Assembly (NCBI RefSeq): GCF_004010195.1 | Contig: NC_057753.1 | Location: 5,205,849-5,262,205 of the forward strand | DNA from: Chiloscyllium plagiosum | Taxonomy: Eukaryota | DNA length: 56,357 nt | Reading direction: 5' to 3' | Shown: positions 52,335-56,357 of the stretch, in pieces | Position numbering within the stretch: position 1 is the first letter of the stretch | Layout: every line of letters starts with the position of its first letter | Position numbers and translations under genes: made by a program | The notes under the pieces: model-generated | Told to the model about the DNA's origin: nothing | Databases searched by the model: none | Seen by the model: only the letters and a program-made list of their open reading frames with translations

Positions 52335-52600
52335 ATAACATAGAACAATACAGCGCAGAACAGGCCCTTCGGCCCTCGATGTTGCGCCGACCTGTGAGCT
52401 ATTCTCAGCTTGTCCCCCTACACTATCCCCAAATCATCCATGTGCTTATCTAAGGATCGTTTAAATCTCCCTAATGTGGCTGAGTTGACTACCTTAACAG
52501 GTAGCGGCATTCCACGCCCTTACCACTCTCTGCGTAAAGAACCTGCCTCTGACATCTGTCTTAAATCTACCACCCCTCAATTTGTAGTTTTGCCCCCTCG
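52335..52600 (-). mobile_element. CR1 LINE 3' end
   Basis: aacatagaacaatacagcgcagaacaggcccttcggccc tail. Confidence 0.85.
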
Positions 52601-52842
52601 TATAAACAGAGTGAAGATGTCAAGGACCTAAGCTCAGTTCAGTCAAATCGTCTGTACAGGTTGCCATTTTGTTTAGTCTTTCGGCATGCATAGTAACTAA
52701 TTTTGGTTTTTGTTTCAATATGCAAGTAAAGATTTTAAATCTTTTCAAAAGAAAGAGAATTATAACGAGGAGGTGAGACCCGCGCCTATTGCGAGGTGAT
52801 GGGAATAAATTCCCTCTTCGCTTTGGTTGGCTTTCTGCAGTC

Positions 52843-53113
52843 GAATAGTGTGGGGCTGGAAAAGCCCAGCCGGTCAGGCAGCATCCGAGGAGCAGGAGAG
52901 TCATTCCCAGCTACCTTTCCCCCCCCAGCCCCAACCCCAACCCTCTCCCATTTATCTCTCAGCCCCCTTGGCCCACAAGCTCATTCCTGATGAAGAGTTT
53001 ATGCTCAAAACATCGACTCTCCTGCTCCTCGGATGCTGCCTGACCGGCTGTGCTTTTCCAGCACCACACTCTTCGACTCTGATCTCCTGTGTCTGTAGTG
53101 CTCACTTTCTCCC
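52843..53113. mobile_element. Inverted PLE terminal pair inserted in the env signal-peptide region
   Basis: Short minus arm and long plus arm with a decayed hammerhead near 52987. Confidence 0.8.
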
Positions 53114-53674
53114 AGTTGGCTCACTGCAATATGAAGTGACCGTGAGTGGGCGACAGAGTTGTTTGTCTGTAATGGGGGTAAGCATGAATATGGTATGGTG
53201 AATCAGAAATTAAACTAACAACAAAAATCCCTTCTGTTGCAGCAAACTGATGACGTGGTAACTGCTGCAGTGCCTGTGTTTTCTCCTGCCTTGAATGACA
53301 CGAGATCTACCATCACCTACACAATCTCACCACAGGATACAGTCTAGAGGATGGAGCCATCATAATAGCAACTGTACGCAAAATAGTTGGAATAGTTTAC
53401 CAGGTGAAATGTGAACTTTGCTGAACCTCACTTGCACATGTAACAACTTATGTTCCCAATAACTCCAGGGAACAGGAACGAAATATGCCCCTGTTACTGT
53501 ATGATGTGGAATCGCATTTCTCCCCCCACCGACCCCCTCAATTATCTGTGAAAACTAGATGACAATAACTGCACCTCACCATTGACCTGAGATAAGACTA
53601 TCAGAAGGCAGTGCCTAAAGTAGCTGACATGAAAACTGGTGTAAGATAGGGCTTTGAAATAGTGCTTGGCTGTT

Positions 53675-54570
53675 ATGTCTCCTTCCTATCGGAAAGATGT
53701 TGTTAAACTTGAAAGGGTTCAGAAACTAATTACAAGCATGTTGCCTGGGTTGGAGAATTTGAGCTATAGGGAGAGGCTGAACAGGCTGTGCTGTTTTCCC
53801 TGGAGGCTGAGGGGTGACCTTTTAGAGGTTTACAAAATTATGAGGGGCGTGGATAGGGTAAATAGGCAAAGTCTTTTCCCTGGTGTTGGGGAGTCCAGGA
53901 CTAGAGGGCATAGGTTTAGGTGAGAGGGGAAAGATATAAAAGAGACCTAGTGGGCAACTTTTTCACACAGAGGGTGGTACGGGTATGGAATGAGCTGGAA
54001 ATGTGTTGCTGGAGAAGCGCAGCAGGTCAGGCAGCATCTAGGGAACAGGAGAATCGACGTTTCGGGCATTAGCCCTTCTTCAGGAATGAGGAAAGTTTGT
54101 CCAGCAGGCTAAGATAAAAGATAGGGAGGAGGGACTTGGGGGAGGGGCGTCGGAAATGTGATAGGTGGAAAAAGGTCAAGGTGACTCCCCCAAGTCCCTC
54201 CTCCCTATCTTTTATCTTAGCCTGCTGGACAAACTTTCCTCATTCCTGAAGAAGGGCTAATGCCCGAAACGTCGATTCTCCTGTTCCCTAGATGCTGCCT
54301 GACCTGCTGCGCTTCTCCAGCAACACATTTCCATCTCTGATCTCCAGCATCTGCAGACCTCATTTTCTCTTATGGAATGAGCTGCCAGAGGAAGTGGTGG
54401 TGGCTGGTACAATTGTAACATTTAAGAGGCATTTGGATGGGTATATGAATGGGAAGGGTTTGGAGGGATATGGGCTGGGGTGGGCTGGCAGGTGGGACTA
54501 GATTAGGTTGGGATATCTGGTCGGCATGGACGGGTTGGACTGAAAGGTCTGTTTCCATGCTGTACTCTAT
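53675..54570 (+). mobile_element. CR1 LINE 3' end interrupted by a PLE palindrome
   Basis: SPSYRKDVVKLERVQ...WNELPEEVV. Confidence 0.9.
53998..54370. mobile_element. Young inverted PLE terminal pair (family 2)
   Basis: ~145-bp reverse-complement arms; perfect TSD tatggaatgagctg at 53984-53997 and 54371-54384. Confidence 0.92.
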
Positions 54571-54689
54571 GTTACAGAGATAAAGAGACATGGATTCTGG
54601 GGTATATGATTATGGTGGGATGAATGGAAGGGACGTACAGATACCTCATCTTCAGTGGTAGAATGATACATGCATCCCAGTGTTCAAAC

Positions 54690-54965
54690 TACTGCCCTAC
54701 CCTCATCTATCTCCTTGGTTACCTCTTCAAAAAACTCTGGAAGATTTGTCAGACATGACTTCCCGCCGCGCACAAATCCATGCTGACTATCTCCAAGCAG
54801 ACTATCCAAATGTTAGTTGATCCTGTCCCTCAGTATCCTCTCCACTGATGTCAGGCTGAGTGGCCTGGAGTTCCCTGGCTTGTCTTTGCTACCTTTCTTA
54901 AACAATGGAACAACATTAGCCACCCTCCAGACTTCTGGAACTTCACCAGTGGCTAACATTGAAAC
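54690..54965 (-). mobile_element. Internal CR1 RT fragment
   Basis: Reverse strand ANVVPLFKKGSKDKPGNSRPLSLTSV...SQHGFV. Confidence 0.8.
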
Positions 54966-55349
54966 AAATGTAGTTTAGAACATGACGGAAATTACTAATG
55001 GCAGTAAAAACGACCCTTCCATTGCCCCCCCCCCCTTTACACGCCCCATTAACATGACAGCCAAGCAGCAGAAGCGATGTACTCTATTCCATTTGAGATA
55101 GAGCAGGGACAGAGATGGGTGCATTAAGTTCAACGGATGTTGCGACTTTACAAAATAAACTTGCTAAAGTTGGGCAACTCATGAGGGAAGCTATTAAATT
55201 ACCTGCTGCATGGCCCAGACGATCAGCGCATAGAGATTTAGCAAATTGGTCTCTGCCCAACGTGGTTTGGAAGTTTGCTGATAGCCCTGTCTGGGGCATC
55301 ACACTCTCAGATCTTAATGCAGAAGATATTTGTGATTTGTTAGAATGAT

Positions 55350-56357
55350 ATTGCACTTCGGAGCAGCGAGAGGCGGAAGCCGGGAGGAGGTGACGTTGGT
55401 GCGAGGTGATTGTCGGGAAGGCCGGTAAGTATATTTAAACTTCTTATCTTCAGACCAGCGAGGGAGGAGCGAGCAAAAGACTTCTGGAAAGGGTAAGTAG
55501 AACAGTTTATATTTGCGAGGAGCATCCGAAATAAAGTGGGTGAACTGACAGCGTGGGTTGGTACCTGGGTCTTCCATGTTGTGGCTATTACGGAGACATG
55601 GATAGAGCAGGGACACGAATGGCTGTTGCAGGTTCCGGGATTCAGATGTTTCCGTAAGAACAGAGAAGATGGTAAAAGAGGGGGAGGTGTGGCATTGTTG
55701 GTCAAGGACAGTATTACAATTGCAGAAAGGAAGTTTGGGGACTCGTCAACTGAGGTAGTATGGGCTGAGGTTGGAAACAGGATAGGAGAAGTCACCGTGC
55801 TGGGAGTTTTCTATAGGCCTCTGAACAGTCCCAGAGATGTAGAGGAAAGGAGAGCAAAGATGATTCTCGATAGGAGTGAGAGAGCTAGGGTAGTTGTCAT
55901 GGGGGACTTCAACTTTCCAAATATTGACAGGGAACACTACAGTACGAGTACTATAGATGGGTCAGTTTTTGTCCAGTGTGTGCAGGAGGACTTCCTGACA
56001 CAGTATGTAGACAGGCCAACAAGGTGCGAAGCCACTTTAGATTTAGTACTGGGTAATAAGCCTGGCCAGGTGTTAGATTTGGAAGTAGGTGAGCACTTTG
56101 GAGACAGCGATCACAATTCTGTCAGATTTACTTTAGTGATGGAAAGGGATAGGTGTACTCCACCGAGCAAGAGTTACAGCTGGGGGAAGGGAAATTACGA
56201 TGCAATTAGGAAATATTTAGGAAGCGTAGAATGGGGAAGGAAACTGCAGGGGATGAGCACATTAAAAATGTGGAGCTTATTCAAGGAAAAGCTCCTGTGT
56301 GTCCTAGATAAGTATGTACCTGTCAGACAGGGAGGAAGATATAGAACGCGTGAGCCG
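55350..56357 (+). mobile_element. CR1 LINE: GC-rich putative 5' end joined to an open APE endonuclease frame that runs off the window
   Basis: Frame from 55515 ARSIRNKVGEL...VAITETW...GGGVALLV...VMGDFNFP...SDHN has no stop up to 56357. Confidence 0.88.

Larger units (their letters stand above)
52799..55345 (+). pseudogene. Decayed env gene, copy 2 (5' portion, split by PLE and CR1 insertions)
   Basis: Segments 52799-52842, ~53113-53670, ~54568-54690 and ~54960-55345 are colinear with 33391-34452; ORF 55115 MGALSSTDVATLQNKLAKVGQL matches ORF 34092. Confidence 0.65.

Overview
Eukaryotic, repeat-dense vertebrate DNA, almost certainly from an elasmobranch (shark). This is inferred from HE1-like V-SINEs and their CR1-type partner LINEs. 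The backbone is a tandem segmental triplication (A ~12.0-21.6 kb, B ~22.8-35.9 kb, C ~38.2-55.3 kb). Each unit has a CpG-island promoter, an intron, and one large exon encoding an effector-less C2H2 zinc-finger array. A is intact (377 aa), B is a pseudogene, and C is a 738-aa ORF that survives although its original ATG is now directly followed by TAA. Older minus-strand ZNF relics point away from the same promoters. Layered on top are many CR1 LINE fragments, tRNA-derived SINEs and Penelope-like elements (PLEs; RT and GIY-YIG relics). The PLE termini carry minimal hammerhead-ribozyme motifs and repeatedly form tail-outward palindromes with 12-19 bp target-site duplications. Units B and C also carry a decayed retroviral-type envelope gene with a possible downstream accessory ORF. 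There is one assembly gap (50254-50507). Repeat boundaries were read by eye and are approximate.
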